Origin: Eledone cirrhosa
Taxonomy: Eukaryota
DNA length: 64,000 nt
Reading direction: 5' to 3'
NCBI GenBank assembly: GCA_964016885.1
Contig: OZ024747.1
Span: 32,240,001-32,304,000, forward strand
In this document: positions 62,846 through 64,000 of the stretch, one piece after another
Numbering within the stretch: the stretch's first letter is position 1
Layout of the letters: every line of letters begins with the position of its first letter
Notes under the pieces: generated by a model
Told to the model about the DNA's origin: nothing
Database searches by the model: none
What the model saw: only the letters and a program-made list of their open reading frames with translations
Made by a program: the position numbers and the translations under genes

Positions 62846-63750
62846 GTTGTTATATAGTAAGGTGCAATATTGGTTGTGTAAAATGGTCCAATAACTTTAT
62901 GTTAGCAATATTAAGTTCTCCACGCTTTTGTATATCTCCAATTCCATTCAAGGGAACAGCTAGATGATGTAAAACGGAGTATAAGTATCAAAATGAAAAT
63001 CCGAAGGCAAGGTAAAATTCCAATCATTTAATCACGACACATGTTTCAATAAGAGATAGATCGATTGTGAAGCCATGATCGATTATCACTGATCTCATCA
63101 GGTGAAAATGAATTGTCTTCAAATTCTCGATATGAGGGAGAAAAAACGATGTTCTCTCACACAATTCATTCCCTCATATGAAGACACATCAGTCAGTCAG
63201 AGACAAGGCGACTGGTATTAGCTTTAGTTGAGGTCATAAAAGTTTTCAGACTTCTATCGCTGCAAAAGATGCTGGACATCAAACAAATCCGTAGGGATAC
63301 AGTCAGTCACAGTTAGAAGTGAGTGGGTACACACACACTCCACACCCGCATACATCGGCTCGATGTCAAAGAAAAATAAAAATAAATACACACATCAACA
63401 CAGTATTAAACCCGCAGAATTAGCGTGGGTGGGTACACACACACCCCAACACACACCGAAGCGATATCCGAGAAAAGGCACATATAAGAATGTACCAACA
63501 CAGCAATCACCGAAAAGTTAGTTCAGAAGTTATGTCGGTCAAATCTCAATCTGTCGATGTAAATCGGAAATATTGGGTTAACCAACGCTACACACATATA
63601 TACACACACACACGCGTGCGTGCGCGCAAGTAAGTTCAGTTCAGTGTTCTGCTGTACGTGTATAGATCCAATTGTAACATCCATATCTTCAAGTGTGCGT
63701 TATGGTAAGTGGTATATACACACCCGAATCGTCCAAAAAATGAGATATAC
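62846..63750 (-). mobile_element. PLE family A terminus/pseudo-LTR
   Basis: Reverse complement of ~28000-28750; same orientation as 18822-19215. Confidence 0.85.
63032..63105 (-). ncRNA. Type I hammerhead ribozyme
   Basis: TCAC-CTGATGA-GATCAGTGATAATCGAT..ATCGATCTATCTCTTATT-GAA-ACATGTGT-C-GTGA. Confidence 0.7.
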
Positions 63751-64000
63751 AGATACATATGCAAATATTGTGGGTCAACATTCATTACAGCATTTAGTGT
63801 GGCAGTACACATTTAGAGATTACATTCATATTAAAAGATACAATCAAAAATACAGGTTAAAATACAACATGAAATTAAGCGGTTATAGAGTGCAATGGTC
63901 ATATGTGTGGCAAGCACGTGCGTCTTGTTTATATAGTGTGGCAGAGAGTTACGTGTAATAGAAGCATTTAAGCAGGTAATCAAGAGTGTTAAGGGGGTTG

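Overview
Eukaryotic, AT-rich, almost entirely repeat-derived DNA. The (TA)n microsatellites, RTE LINEs with (GAT)n tails and tRNA-derived SINEs look cephalopod (octopus-like); this is an inference. No intact host gene is evident. Identifiable elements: a decayed Helitron (Rep/PIF1 helicase), RTE LINE pieces, SINEs, two Ty3/Gypsy LTR retrotransposons (one near full-length with 5-bp TSD and nested in a Penelope element, one truncated CsRn1-type with a tRNA-Trp PBS), and many Penelope-like element (PLE) fragments inserted in (TA)n. The main hidden signal is RNA structure. By manual folding I find about 38 type I hammerhead-ribozyme (HHR) motifs on both strands, most with a family-specific palindromic stem III. 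They sit at PLE ends and in three non-coding, retrozyme-like unit families: 557-bp x6, 310-bp x3, and ~435-505-bp units in tandem/inverted arrangement. Several show compensatory base changes. Three carry a U3-A8 swap of the catalytic-core C3-G8 pair, and many have a non-canonical 10.1-11.1 pair, so standard descriptors may miss them. All folds were read by eye and none was computed or tested; coordinates may be off by a few bases.
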